Part shown: in pieces, positions 50,306-61,000 of the stretch | How the letters are laid out: each line of letters begins with the position of its first letter | How positions within the stretch are numbered: the stretch's first letter is position 1 | NCBI GenBank assembly: GCA_963735805.1 | Contig: CAVTMK010000002.1 | Location: 416,001 to 480,000 of the forward strand | Direction: 5' to 3' | DNA length: 64,000 bases | Source: an uncultured Verrucomicrobiae bacterium | GTDB taxonomy: Bacteria; Verrucomicrobiota; Verrucomicrobiia; Chthoniobacterales; UBA10450 | Made by a program: the position numbers and the translations under genes | The notes under the pieces: generated by a model | The model's database searches: none | What the model was told of the DNA's origin: nothing | Seen by the model: only the letters and a program-made list of their open reading frames with translations

Positions 50306-50854
50306 TTAATAGCGTCTAAAGGCGAATGTGAGAATCACGCAGCCATAGATCAGCGCGATCGCGTGCATAAAGCGCCAACGAAAGACGCTGCGGGTGCTCC
50401 AATTAATTTGATCGCGCAGCACATATGGAATGGCCACCCAGAACAGGCCGGCCAGAATCAACAAATACGCGAGTACTGTTACGAGTAACCGACTTGGCTC
50501 ATAGCGCAAAAACGCCGCATCGAGCAGCGGCTCCGCGGCGAGCAGACAAAGAATCCCAAGGGCACGCACTGCGAGAAATTCTCCAACGAAACGCAAGACA
50601 AGTCCGTAACCGATGGGCAACGCAATCAACAGGGGGCGCCGGAACGCCGAGAATTCACCCATCTGAATGGTGAAGAGCAGCCAGAACGTCCAGACGAGAC
50701 AAATAGTTAGCAGGAATACCCCGGCCAAATGAGAGCGTGGAAATTTTTGCGCAACACTGGCAAGGTTCGGTTTCATCAAACCGGGTAGACTGATCAAGAC
50801 GAGAAATACGCCTGCGATGATGCCAGCGGATTGTAAAGAGAGATGGTAAATCAC
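50306..50854 (-). CDS. Hypothetical integral membrane protein
   Basis: About 6 hydrophobic segments; co-oriented between miaB and the GT9 gene. Confidence 0.7.
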   Translation of the reverse strand: MIYHLSLQSAGIIAGVFLVLISLPGLMKPNLASVAQKFPRSHLAGVFLLTICLVWTFWLLFTIQMGEFSAFRRPLLIALPIGYGLVLRFVGEFLAVRALGILCLLAAEPLLDAAFLRYEPSRLLVTVLAYLLILAGLFWVAIPYVLRDQINWSTRSVFRWRFMHAIALIYGCVILTFAFRRY

Positions 50855-50928
50855 TGATAGCGAAAGTGGGCCCCGTCGGATTCGTCCGACGGCGGCGAAT
50901 TTTCAACTCGCCGCTCGGCGGATGCAAC

Positions 50929-52365
50929 TTAAAAAGTGGCTGGGTTTTTCAGGATTGGCGCCCCGTACAAGCTAAATCCGTTGGCCCGCTCGATTCGGAC
51001 GTCCACAAGCTCTCCAACCAGTTCTCCGTGGTCTTCATCCATCCGCCGCGGCCAAGGCGAAGGCGGAAACACGACAATCTTGTTTGTACGTGTTCGACCC
51101 ATCAACCGCGTTGGATTGGTTTTGCTCGGACCTTGGCAAAGAACTTGAACGTTGCGGCCCACCAACCGCTCGCCTGACCGGCGGGCCGCTTCGTTGACAA
51201 CGGCGAGCAAATCCCTATTTCGCTCTTCTTTGATGTGTTCATCGATTTGATCCGGCATTTCCGCGGCTGGCGTGTGACGGCGCTGCGAATATCGGAAGAC
51301 GAACGCGTTATCAAATTGGAGTTCTTCAACCAAATCGCGCGTCTGTTTATAATCCTCTTCGGTCTCACCTGGAAATCCCACGATGATATCGGTGGTGATC
51401 GCGATGTCCTCGCGTGCATACCGGACGCGGCGAACAAGATCGACATATTTCTCCACTGTGTAGGCCCGGTGCATCGCTTTGAGAATTCTGTTGGAGCCAG
51501 ACTGCAGAGGGAGATGAACGTGTTCAGCCAGCTTTGGCAAACGGGAAATCGCGTCGATCAAATCATCGCGGAAACCGATGGGGTGGGGAGATGTAAACCG
51601 GAGACGTTCAAGGCCTTCAATCTCATTAATTGCTTCCAGCAATTGCACAAAGGGACTTTTGCCATCGCGTTTGGGAAACTCGTGGCGGCCGTACAGATTT
51701 ACGATTTGCCCGAGCAGGGTCACTTCTTTCACACCATTCGCGACCAGGTCGCGCACCTCCCTTACGATGTCCTCTATATAACGGCTTCTTTCTGCGCCGC
51801 GCGTCTGCGGGACGATGCAAAAGGTGCAATGCATGTTGCATCCCTGCATAATGGACACGAACGCAATGACCTGCCTGGGCGCCAGCTCTTGATCGCGAAT
51901 CGTCGATTGCGAGCCTGGCTCCTCCGCAATATCAACGATCGAAGCCTGAAGGTCGTCTATCGCGCGATTCGAGAGATAGTGGGACGCCACCGTTGGCCGC
52001 GCCGCCTTTCGCGCGACCAATTCTTCCACGTAATCAGCTACGTGATGGAATTTCTGCGTACCAACGACCAGATCAACGTGAGGCAAATTCGTTAACAAAG
52101 ACTCGCCTCGCGCCTGGGCCATGCAGCCAAGGAAACCGAAAACCATATGCGGCCGCTCTTTTGCCAGCCGGCCCATCATTCCCATTTTGCCAAGCGCCTT
52201 TTGGTCAGCCATGTCGCGTACGCTGCATGTATTTAATAGCACGACGTCAGCTTCTCTTTCGTTGGCGACCCGCTCGTAGCCACGTGCGATGAGCGAATGG
52301 GCCACCTGCTCCGAGTCGCGCTCGTTCATCTGGCAGCCGTAAGTCTTAATGAAAAATTTCGGCAT
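50929..52365 (-). CDS. miaB: tRNA methylthiotransferase
   Basis: TYGCQMNERDS, NTCSVR, CNMHCTFC radical-SAM motif, TDIIVGFPGET, TRAM domain. Confidence 0.96.
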   Translation of the reverse strand: MPKFFIKTYGCQMNERDSEQVAHSLIARGYERVANEREADVVLLNTCSVRDMADQKALGKMGMMGRLAKERPHMVFGFLGCMAQARGESLLTNLPHVDLVVGTQKFHHVADYVEELVARKAARPTVASHYLSNRAIDDLQASIVDIAEEPGSQSTIRDQELAPRQVIAFVSIMQGCNMHCTFCIVPQTRGAERSRYIEDIVREVRDLVANGVKEVTLLGQIVNLYGRHEFPKRDGKSPFVQLLEAINEIEGLERLRFTSPHPIGFRDDLIDAISRLPKLAEHVHLPLQSGSNRILKAMHRAYTVEKYVDLVRRVRYAREDIAITTDIIVGFPGETEEDYKQTRDLVEELQFDNAFVFRYSQRRHTPAAEMPDQIDEHIKEERNRDLLAVVNEAARRSGERLVGRNVQVLCQGPSKTNPTRLMGRTRTNKIVVFPPSPWPRRMDEDHGELVGELVDVRIERANGFSLYGAPILKNPATF

Positions 52366-52458
52366 TGAACGGGCGAAAACAATACACGCTCAAGCCAGGT
52401 GTGCCACGCAGAGATTATCCGCTTTTCATCACCGAGATTTTTCGGGTTAAATCCCGAC

Positions 52459-53355
52459 ATGCCCGCAAAGAAAAACGAGCCTCCAGCGATCGGGATTATC
52501 GGCGGCAGTGGCCTGTATCAAATAGAAGAATTGCGCGACACGAACGAACACAGCGTCGACACGCCATTTGGACCACCCTCAGACACAGTTGTTGGCGGAA
52601 GGATTAGCGGACGCCAGGTCTATTTCCTGCCGCGTCACGGCCGCGGTCACCGGATCTTGCCGCACGAAATCAATCACCGGGCCAACATCTACGCCCTGCG
52701 CTCGTTAAACGTTCGCTGGATCATTTCAGTGGCAGCAGTGGGTAGCCTTCAGGAAAAATATGCGCCGCGAGATGTACTGTTTCCCTCGCAGTTTTACGAT
52801 CGCACCAGCCGCCGCGACACTCATACATTCTTCGGGGCGGGCATTGCCGCGCACATCTCATTTGCGGAGCCGATCAGTACAAAACTGCGAAATTTTCTTG
52901 CCGACTCAGCGAGATCCCTCGGTGTTACGGTGCATAACGGCGGCACCTACGTGAATATGGATGGCCCCGCGTTTTCCACTCGCGCGGAATCGGAATTCAA
53001 TCATCGCAACGGCTTCGACGTGATCGCCATGACGAATTTGCCCGAGGCGAAACTGGCGCGCGAAGCGGAGATCGCATTCGCGACGATGGCAATGATCACG
53101 GACTACGATTGCTGGAAAGTGGAGGAAGAACCGGTCTCGGCAGAAATCGTACTCAGCCATCTAACGGCGAATGCCGAAACGGCGAGAAAAATAATTGTGG
53201 ATGTAATTCCACAAATCCCAAAAGAGCCGGATTGGCCGGAACATTTCGCCCTGAATACCGCGCTGATCACGAACAGTAAGCTTTGGCCCCAAATAACCAT
53301 CGAAAAGCTCAAACCGATCCTGGAAAGATTTTTAGTCGATGGAAATCCTCCTTAG
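52459..53355 (+). CDS. mtnP: S-methyl-5'-thioadenosine phosphorylase
   Basis: IGIIGGSGLY, RHGRGH, GPAFSTRAES and TDYDCW motifs. Confidence 0.95.
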   Translation: MPAKKNEPPAIGIIGGSGLYQIEELRDTNEHSVDTPFGPPSDTVVGGRISGRQVYFLPRHGRGHRILPHEINHRANIYALRSLNVRWIISVAAVGSLQEKYAPRDVLFPSQFYDRTSRRDTHTFFGAGIAAHISFAEPISTKLRNFLADSARSLGVTVHNGGTYVNMDGPAFSTRAESEFNHRNGFDVIAMTNLPEAKLAREAEIAFATMAMITDYDCWKVEEEPVSAEIVLSHLTANAETARKIIVDVIPQIPKEPDWPEHFALNTALITNSKLWPQITIEKLKPILERFLVDGNPP

Positions 53356-54067
53356 AGGCGTCGTTTGATCGCATCGCACAGCGCTTCGATTTGGGCTTCT
53401 TCGTGTGCCGCGGTCATGGTAATCTCCAATCGCGCGGTATCTTTGGCCACTGTTGGATAGCGAATTGCTGGAACCAGAAATCCATCGCTTTGCAGCGTGG
53501 CAGCAAGGTTGAGTGCAGCTTGCTCCCCGCCCACGATCCAGGGAAAAATTGCGATGCAGGGAGCAACGTGTTTTTTGTTTGATTCGGTGTGCGGCAGAAG
53601 TTGCTGCATCAATCTGAGTCTTTCCCAAAGTAAAAGTCTCCGCTTTTCTCCTCTTAGTGACGCAAGAAAATTAACTGCGGCGGCGCCGGCTGCCACGATT
53701 GCCGGTGCAGGCGCAGTGGAATAAATGAATGAACGAGCGCGATTGATCAGCCATTCGATCAGTGTGTGCGAACCACAAACGTAGCCTCCGCTTGCTCCGA
53801 GTGCTTTGCTCAGCGTTCCCATCTGGACATCGACTTCCTCGCTTACGTTTTCCGCCCCAGCGAGACCGCGGCCGTTGAGACCAAGCACGCCAATCGCATG
53901 TGCTTCATGGAGCATTAGGAGCGCACGTTTGACGAAAAGTTAACGAAATGGCGATTGGCGATTACAACTTCAGGCCCCTGTGCGCTACTGATTTCACGAA
54001 GATGTCGATCCAACGCACGCTTACGCAGTGCCTCCAATTCTTCTGCAAGAAGTCCCGCATCGCACAC
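53352..54067 (-). pseudogene. bioF: 8-amino-7-oxononanoate synthase with large internal deletion and frameshift
   Basis: N-terminal frame ...EELEALRKRALDRHLR...VNFSSN jumps at ~53927 into another frame ALLMLHEAHAIG...GTLSKALG...IRYPTV. Confidence 0.85.
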
Positions 54068-54104
54068 GATTGAATTGCGACGCGAATCAATTGAGAATCA
54101 CGAA

Positions 54105-54509
54105 ATGAAGACGCGCTGCTTTGATCATATTGACTTACGAGTGAAAAACTTGGACGCGGCAGGCAAGTTCTATGCAAAATTTTTGCCGCAGCTTGGATTT
54201 GTTAAGGAAAAACCAGGCAAAAAATATCATATATTTTATTCCGCCGGCGGCGACAAGCCGTCAGAATTTTTTGGTTTGGACCAAGATAAGAATCATAAGC
54301 CAAATCGCACCCGAATCGCTTTCTGGGCAGATACGAGGAAAGAAGTGGATCGGCTTGCGAAGTTGGTGCGCAAGGCAGGCGGCAAAGCGCTTGAAGGTCC
54401 GGAAATCTGCAAGGAGTACAGTGCCGGCTATTATGCATTTTTCTTCGAGGATCCCGAGGGCAACAAGCTGGAAATTTGCTGCCGAGAGCGTCCAATCATT
54501 GCGAAATGA
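54105..54509 (+). CDS. VOC/glyoxalase family protein
   Basis: FDHIDLRV...FY; YYAFFFEDPEGNKLEI. Confidence 0.9.
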   Translation: MKTRCFDHIDLRVKNLDAAGKFYAKFLPQLGFVKEKPGKKYHIFYSAGGDKPSEFFGLDQDKNHKPNRTRIAFWADTRKEVDRLAKLVRKAGGKALEGPEICKEYSAGYYAFFFEDPEGNKLEICCRERPIIAK

Positions 54510-54534
54510 TACAGTTTCGGCGAAGAGGTGAATA

Positions 54535-55071
54535 GTGAACAAACCGGCGCATGAGCCCGCAATTTTGCAGGGCACGCGTCGTGTCCGCTATCTCAGGCTG
54601 ATAGCGATTTTCAAGATCGCCAAGGGCGTCCTTGTTCTGGTTCTCGGCGTTTCGCTCCTTTTTCTTAACGCTCGGACCGGCTGGATGGATGGGCTGTCGA
54701 ATTGGATTGCCGACGAAATCCTGCTGAAACATAGCAGGCCTATCGCCTTTTTGCTCCACAAACTGCAAGTGGCAATCGTAGGCGGGACGTTGCGAGCCAC
54801 AGCATTTCTGGCGCTGTTTTATGCGGTGATCCTTTTAACTGAAGGGATTGGCGTTTACATGCAGCAACGCTGGGCGGAATTTCTAATGATTTTCGCAACG
54901 GCGACCCTGATTCCAATAGAAATTCGTCATGTCTGGCATCATCCGGATTTAATCGGCGTGCTCATTCTGCTGGCGAACTGCTTCATTGTCTGGTTCCTGT
55001 ATAGCGTGCTTAAGCGCGACAGGGCGACCGAGCACGTCTCGCGGACGCGTGAACTAGCGGAGACGCGTTAG
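54535..55071 (+). CDS. DUF2127 family membrane protein
   Basis: LRLIAIFKIAKG...EGIG...WAE...IPIEI pattern. Confidence 0.8.
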   Translation: MNKPAHEPAILQGTRRVRYLRLIAIFKIAKGVLVLVLGVSLLFLNARTGWMDGLSNWIADEILLKHSRPIAFLLHKLQVAIVGGTLRATAFLALFYAVILLTEGIGVYMQQRWAEFLMIFATATLIPIEIRHVWHHPDLIGVLILLANCFIVWFLYSVLKRDRATEHVSRTRELAETR

Positions 55072-55154
55072 AGATCCGTTAATAAGCGCGGACACGCTCG
55101 AAGTCAGCGCGAGCAGCGATTTAGTTTTTGCGCCACTTACCGACCCTTGTGGCA

Positions 55155-55415
55155 ATGAAGACTCCGAAAATAGACGATAGCCTGAAACTACTGGCGGACT
55201 TCGGGGAAACCGACGCAATCTGCGTGGAGGTCCTCAAAAATCCGGCTACTGAAGAGGGCGTTTTACTTAAGGTCATGACGCGCGGCCCGTTCGAGCAAGG
55301 TCAGCAGGTCTGGATAGTCGATTGCAATGGCTCGAAAATTGGCGCAACAGTCGAAAACGTTCTTGAGCAAACTATCGACAGTGAAGTGACGCTCTCAACA
55401 GTCTTACCAGCATAG
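55155..55415 (+). CDS. Hypothetical protein
   Basis: 86-aa ORF with globular composition, co-oriented with its neighbours. Confidence 0.6.
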   Translation: MKTPKIDDSLKLLADFGETDAICVEVLKNPATEEGVLLKVMTRGPFEQGQQVWIVDCNGSKIGATVENVLEQTIDSEVTLSTVLPA

Positions 55416-55601
55416 CTATAGGCGTGGTCGCGGCCCCGGGGATCGGATCGGCGTCGTTGTGACCTCATAAAGGTGGGTCGTCGGCGCGCAGAAATTGCTC
55501 AGAAAGCTTCATTGACTGATCGTCGATCTAGGCTCCGCGCGCATGTAAGTTCGCTACCGCGGGCAGCCACTTGCACATCGCGTTCCGTTCCTATTAGAAG
55601 A

Positions 55602-56435
55602 ATGAAAAGGGAGGAGTTTGACCGTAGTTTCCCGTTCCTGCGGGTCAATGAGCGGGAAGGTAAACCGCGGAAGCGCGGCTTAACCGAGATCCGTGGGCCC
55701 TATTACTCGGTGGTGGGTTCGCGTTACCTCGAGGATCTTTTTGAAACCATGGGTCGCTATGTCGATTCGCTGAAGTTTGCGGGCGGCTCGTTCACGCTGA
55801 TGCCAGAACGAGCAGTGCGGGACATTATCAACCTTTGCCACAAACATAACGTACTCGTGTCCACTGGCGGCTTCATTGAACACGTTCTCGTGCAAGGCAA
55901 TGATGCCGTCCAACAATATGTCGGCGAATGCAGGAAGCTCGGATTCGATATTATCGAGATCTCAGCTGGGTTCATTTCAATTCCAACGGATGATTGGCTT
56001 CGGCTGATTGAATTGGTTCGTAAATCAGGATTGAAAGCAAAACCGGAAGTTGGAATCCAATTCGGGGCCGGCGGCGCGACGACGGCAAGCGAACTAAAGG
56101 CTGAAGGCACGCGCGACCCAAACTGGGCGATCGCGCAGGCAAAGCGATTTCTCGACGCGGGTGCCGAGATTATTATGATCGAAAGCGAAGGCATTACTGA
56201 AAATGTTGAACCATGGCGCACAGATGTCCCGGCGAAATTCGTCAGTGACCTCGGGATGGAAAAACTTATGTTTGAGGCCGCCGATCCCGATGTGTTTGCG
56301 TGGTACATAAAGAATTATGGCGTAGACGTGAATCTGTTTATCGATCACAGCCAGATCGTGCAATTGGAATGCCTTCGAGCCGGTATCTGGGGAACGAAGA
56401 GTCTTTGGGGCCGCGTGGTGACGTACAAAGAATGA
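55602..56435 (+). CDS. Phosphosulfolactate synthase (ComA) family protein, HSA32-like
   Basis: KPRKRGLTEIRGPYYS, LKFAGGS, IEISAG, KPEVG, MIESEG, FEAA and LECLR motifs. Confidence 0.88.
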   Translation: MKREEFDRSFPFLRVNEREGKPRKRGLTEIRGPYYSVVGSRYLEDLFETMGRYVDSLKFAGGSFTLMPERAVRDIINLCHKHNVLVSTGGFIEHVLVQGNDAVQQYVGECRKLGFDIIEISAGFISIPTDDWLRLIELVRKSGLKAKPEVGIQFGAGGATTASELKAEGTRDPNWAIAQAKRFLDAGAEIIMIESEGITENVEPWRTDVPAKFVSDLGMEKLMFEAADPDVFAWYIKNYGVDVNLFIDHSQIVQLECLRAGIWGTKSLWGRVVTYKE

Positions 56436-56469
56436 CTAACAAAGTCCGAATGGGTCATTCAGACGTTCG

Positions 56470-57114
56470 TCATTTGCGTGTGAGGTGACGCGAAAACCAT
56501 TCGCTCGCGAGTTCTGAGACTTTTTCCAGCGCTCCGGCTTCTTCAAAAAGGTGTGTCGCGCCGGGAATAATCTCCAGCTTTACTTCGCAGCACATTTTAT
56601 CACGCGCCTGCTCGTTTAGTTCGATGACGATGTCATCGTTGCCGCCGACGATGAGCAGCGTCGGTGCCTGTACTTTTGGCAAAGTTTCGCCCGCCAAATC
56701 GGGGCGCCCGCCGCGGGAAACGACCGCGCCTACATCCTGTGGATTGTCTGCCGCTGCCACGAGCGCGGCTGTGCCGCCAGTGCTCGAGCCGAAATAGCCA
56801 ATCCGTAAATCGCGTAGTTCTAGTTGCTGCCTCGCCCACTTTGTCGCGTAAACAAGACGTTCTGCCAATAAATGGATATTGAACCGAAGCTCGCGAGTCT
56901 CTGTGTCGATCGCTTCTTCCTCCTGCGTCAACAAGTCAAGAAGAAGGGTCCCGAGTCCAGCGTCGTTAAGCCTGCGCGCGACGAATTGATTTCGTCGACT
57001 GTGCCGGCTACTGCCGCTGCCGTGAGCAAAAACCACGAGGGCGCTCGCGTCATTGGGAAGATGCAAATTTCCCAGGAGACCTGACCGCCCGGTCTGGATT
57101 TGCACCTCAATCAT
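56470..57114 (-). CDS. Alpha/beta hydrolase (dienelactone hydrolase-like)
   Basis: FAHGSGSSRHS, GYFGSSTG, SRGGRPDLA and ATHLFEE motifs. Confidence 0.9.
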   Translation of the reverse strand: MIEVQIQTGRSGLLGNLHLPNDASALVVFAHGSGSSRHSRRNQFVARRLNDAGLGTLLLDLLTQEEEAIDTETRELRFNIHLLAERLVYATKWARQQLELRDLRIGYFGSSTGGTAALVAAADNPQDVGAVVSRGGRPDLAGETLPKVQAPTLLIVGGNDDIVIELNEQARDKMCCEVKLEIIPGATHLFEEAGALEKVSELASEWFSRHLTRK

Positions 57115-57766
57115 CTCTTTTGTCCTCCGCGGCGCGGGCAAGGAGTTCCCGCACGTCTTCATCGGTTGTCTGCGAGAAATCGTCGTAATACTGGCCGACG
57201 GCCTGAAAGAATTCAGGAGTGCTCAGGCAAAGCGTTTCATCGGCTTGTTCTTCGATCTCGTGGCAGGTATCCGGCGGACCTACCGGCACTGCCACGACAA
57301 TTTTTGCGGCGCCGCACTGTCGCAGCGCCTTCACCGCGGCGCGCATTGTCGCGCCCGTGGCCAGGCCGTCATCCACCAAAATGGCAATCCGATCGCGCAA
57401 TCGGGGTGCTGGGCGTCCCTCGCGATAAATTTGCTCGCGGCGTTGCAGTTCTGCTGTTTCTCTCGCGGTTAGCGCCTCGATTGCCCGGTCTGCATGCGGG
57501 ATTGAGCGCATAACAGCTTCATTCAAAACACGCACGCCGCCCGAAGCGATTGCACCGGCAGCCAGTTCCTCAAAACCGGGAACACCGAGTTTGCGCACGA
57601 TGAAAACGTCGAGCGGAGCATGAAGACGCTTTGCTACTTCGTTGGCAACAGGCACCCCACCCCGGGGCAAACCGAGCACGATCACGTCGTCGCGACCGGT
57701 ATATTTGTCCAGTTTCTCGGCAAGTTGCCGCCCCGCCTCGATTCGGTTTGGAAAAGTTCGTTCCAT
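57107..57766 (-). CDS. Phosphoribosyltransferase family protein
   Basis: LPRGGVPV and LVDDGLATGAT motifs. Confidence 0.92.
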   Translation of the reverse strand: MERTFPNRIEAGRQLAEKLDKYTGRDDVIVLGLPRGGVPVANEVAKRLHAPLDVFIVRKLGVPGFEELAAGAIASGGVRVLNEAVMRSIPHADRAIEALTARETAELQRREQIYREGRPAPRLRDRIAILVDDGLATGATMRAAVKALRQCGAAKIVVAVPVGPPDTCHEIEEQADETLCLSTPEFFQAVGQYYDDFSQTTDEDVRELLARAAEDKRDD

Positions 57767-58038
57767 GCGGCTAATAGCGCCGCTTTATGTTGTCGAAGCG
57801 ACCGCGGGAAAGAAAAGACTGCATATCGTTAGCGAACGTATGGTCCGTTCGTCTATTTTCTGTATCGTTGATTGAATCATTTCAAGACCTTGCTCACTCA
57901 TAAGGCATCGATCCTTTCCTTTTGCGGATTTCCGCGCCGAACACAAAGGAAACCTTTCTCTCCAGATTTCGCTTCTGCGCCTGGTGGCGCGCGTGCTACG
58001 CAACGAGTCTGACTACCACGCTTGCTAGACTTTCAGCT

Positions 58039-61000
58039 TCAGCTGGCAGGATTGCGATTAGGCCAGGGCGGAGGCGGCGGAAGGTCGTAGCGTTTCGTCT
58101 TTAGTTCGTCCTGGATCTCCTGGATCGCGCGGTCGAGTTGCTGGTCTTCGCCTTTGAATTCCTTCCCGGGATCGTTATCGACTACGATGTCGGGCTCAAC
58201 GCCGCGCCCTTCGACGATCCATTGTTTACCGTCTATTGAATAGGGAGCGAATTCGGGTTTAAAAAATTGCCCGCCATCCACGAGCGGCAGCGACTCACGA
58301 ATACCAATCACGCCGCCCCATGTGCGTTTGCCGATCAGTTTGCCGAGCCCCAACGTTTTAAAACGATAGGGAAAAATATCGCCATCGGATGCGGAGAATT
58401 CGTTAGTTAACGTGACCATCGGCCCCGTGAAAGTCTGCGGCGGATCCGTCTGGGGCATGCTGTTGCGTGCCATGCCCACCATTACAAGAGCGCGCCGTAA
58501 TCGCTCGATCACCAAAGGCGAGACAAAGCCGCCGCCGTTGCCCCGAACATCAACAATGAGCGCATGTTTACGGATTTGAGGGAAGTAGAGCTTTGTGAAC
58601 TCGTTCAAGCCGGGCTGGCCCATATCTGGAATGTGTAGGTAACCGACTTCGCCGCCGGTTTTCTTGTTCACGTAATCGATGTTCTTTTGCACCCAATCGA
58701 GGTAATAAAGCGGCGCTTCGTCATCGATCGGAACAACCGTCACGTCGCGCGCGCCGTCGTCCGTCGGCTTGGAGTTTACGCGCAGAGTCACTTGTTTGTC
58801 CGCGGTCCCGATAAGCGCGTCGTAAAGATTCGGCAACGTGGACACGGGCGTGTTGTTGATCGCGAGAATGTAATCGTCGGGTTTCACATTCACGCCGATC
58901 TCTGTGAGTGGCGAGCGCGTTTTCTTGTCCCAATTTTCGCCCGGCAAAATCCGTTCAATTCGATAGGCACGTGTGGCCGGATCGCGCGAAACTTCCGCGC
59001 CGAGGAGGCCCAGCTTAATCCGCGGCGTGTCGGGGCGCTCACCAGCGGCGACGTACGTATGGCCGTTGTTCAACTCGCCAATGAGTTCGCCTAACAGATA
59101 GGTGAGATCGTTGCGGTGATTCACGAATGGCACCAGCGCAGCGTATTTGTCTCGAACCGCTTTCCAGTCGATGCCGTTCATCGTGGGCGAAAAGAAGAAA
59201 TCGCGCATTTGCCGCCAGCATTCGAAGTAGATTTGATTCCACTCGGCATGCCGATCTAAGTGCATGTCGAGCCCTGCAATCTTGTGCTCGTGATCTTTAG
59301 TGTCGAGCTTGTCCCTTGGCACATCGATGATGGCGTAATCCTTTTTTATCTTCACCAGCATCTTTTTGCCGTCGAACGTGATCTGGTAATTGTTCGCGTC
59401 GCCCAGGACGGTCTCCTTGCGATCGTCCAGGTTGTAAACGCAAAGGTGCGATTTCCTGTCTCTCTCGGGAAATCCTTCGTTGTCATCTTCACCGACTTCA
59501 TCGGCCGCTGTTCGGCGCAGATAAAAGATCCGCCCGTCATCCAGCATTCGGATGTTGCGATAATTTCCCGGCGTAACTTCCAAGCCAAGAATCCGATTCT
59601 GGATTCCATCGGTGTCTACTTTGACGACGACGGGCTTCCTTGGCTTTTCTTCCGGTTTTTTTCCGGTGGCTTTTTCTTCCGCCTTCTTCTCTTCGGCTTC
59701 CTTTACTTTTTCTTTTTGTCGTTTTTCTTCAGCTTTGCCGACTTCATCGCTCTTCGGAGCGAGCGGGTTTGCGGTTTCTTTAGAAAGGGTGACGAGATAC
59801 ACGCGCTGCATGTCTCGATAAACGTTTGCAAATTCTTCGTCGCCAAAGGTTGGCTTGAAATCGCGCGCAGAGCTCAGCAACAGATATTTTCCGTTGTCGC
59901 TGAAGACTGCTTCTCCGGAACCGTACCAGCTATCAGTGACAGCGGTCTGCTGTTTATTTGCGAGTGAATACAGATAAACGCGCGACATGCCATTTTCCTC
60001 CGGGCGCGCCCAGGTGACCCACTGACTATCCGGCGACCAGTTGTAACCTTCGATCTCGCCGTACTTGTCCTGATCGACCTGCGTCACTGCTTTGCTGGCC
60101 ACATCGACATACCGCAGTCGCTGCAACCGATCGCTCCAGAGCAGTTTCTTGCTGTCGGGTGACCACTTTGGCGCATAGTAATAGGTGTCGGCGCTACTTG
60201 TAATCTGCTGCGGTTCGCCTTTGCCGTCCTGGGAGCGAACGTAAAGTTCGTTTTCTCCGGAGACATCCGAGTTATAGGCAATCCATTTTCCATCCGGCGA
60301 CCACACCGCGTCACGCTCGTGAGCGCCTGAAGTCTTGCTTAAGTTGCGCGGCGTTCCATTCTTTGCGGGCACAGAAAAAAGATCGCCGCGCGCGATCACG
60401 ATGGTACGTTCGCCGTCCGGCGCGAGGTTTACCGATTCGATGTGCTTGGATGCGTCAACCAGCCCCCCGCGACCGCTGTCGAAATCCTCTTTGACCTGGA
60501 TGGGGACCGGTGTTGCCTGACCGCTGGCGAGATCGTAACGCCAGATGTATCCTGCTTGCTCGAACACGATCGCGTCTTTGCCGATCGATGGAAACTTGAT
60601 GTCGTAGTCTGTGAAGTGCGTGAGTTGTTTGGTCTCCTTCGTTGCAAGATCGGTGACGAACAAATTCATGCGGTTGTCGCGATCGGAGGTGAAATAGATC
60701 TTATTATCCGGCCCCCACATCGGGCAGATGTCCTGCGCGGGATTGTTCGTCAGATTTTCGGTCGTGCCGGTTTTAAAGTCGTAAATCCAAATGTCGTCCG
60801 CCATTCCACCACGATAATGTTTCCAGGTACGGAACTCGCGGAAAACACGGTTGTAAGCCATCTTGGAATCATCCGGTGAAAATGAAACGAAACCGCCGCG
60901 CGGGACAGGCAACTGCTGCGACAATTCGGCATCCAGTCCGACGGTAAACAATGCGCCGATGAAGTCGTTGAACGACTTCATACGCGACCGGAAAACAACC

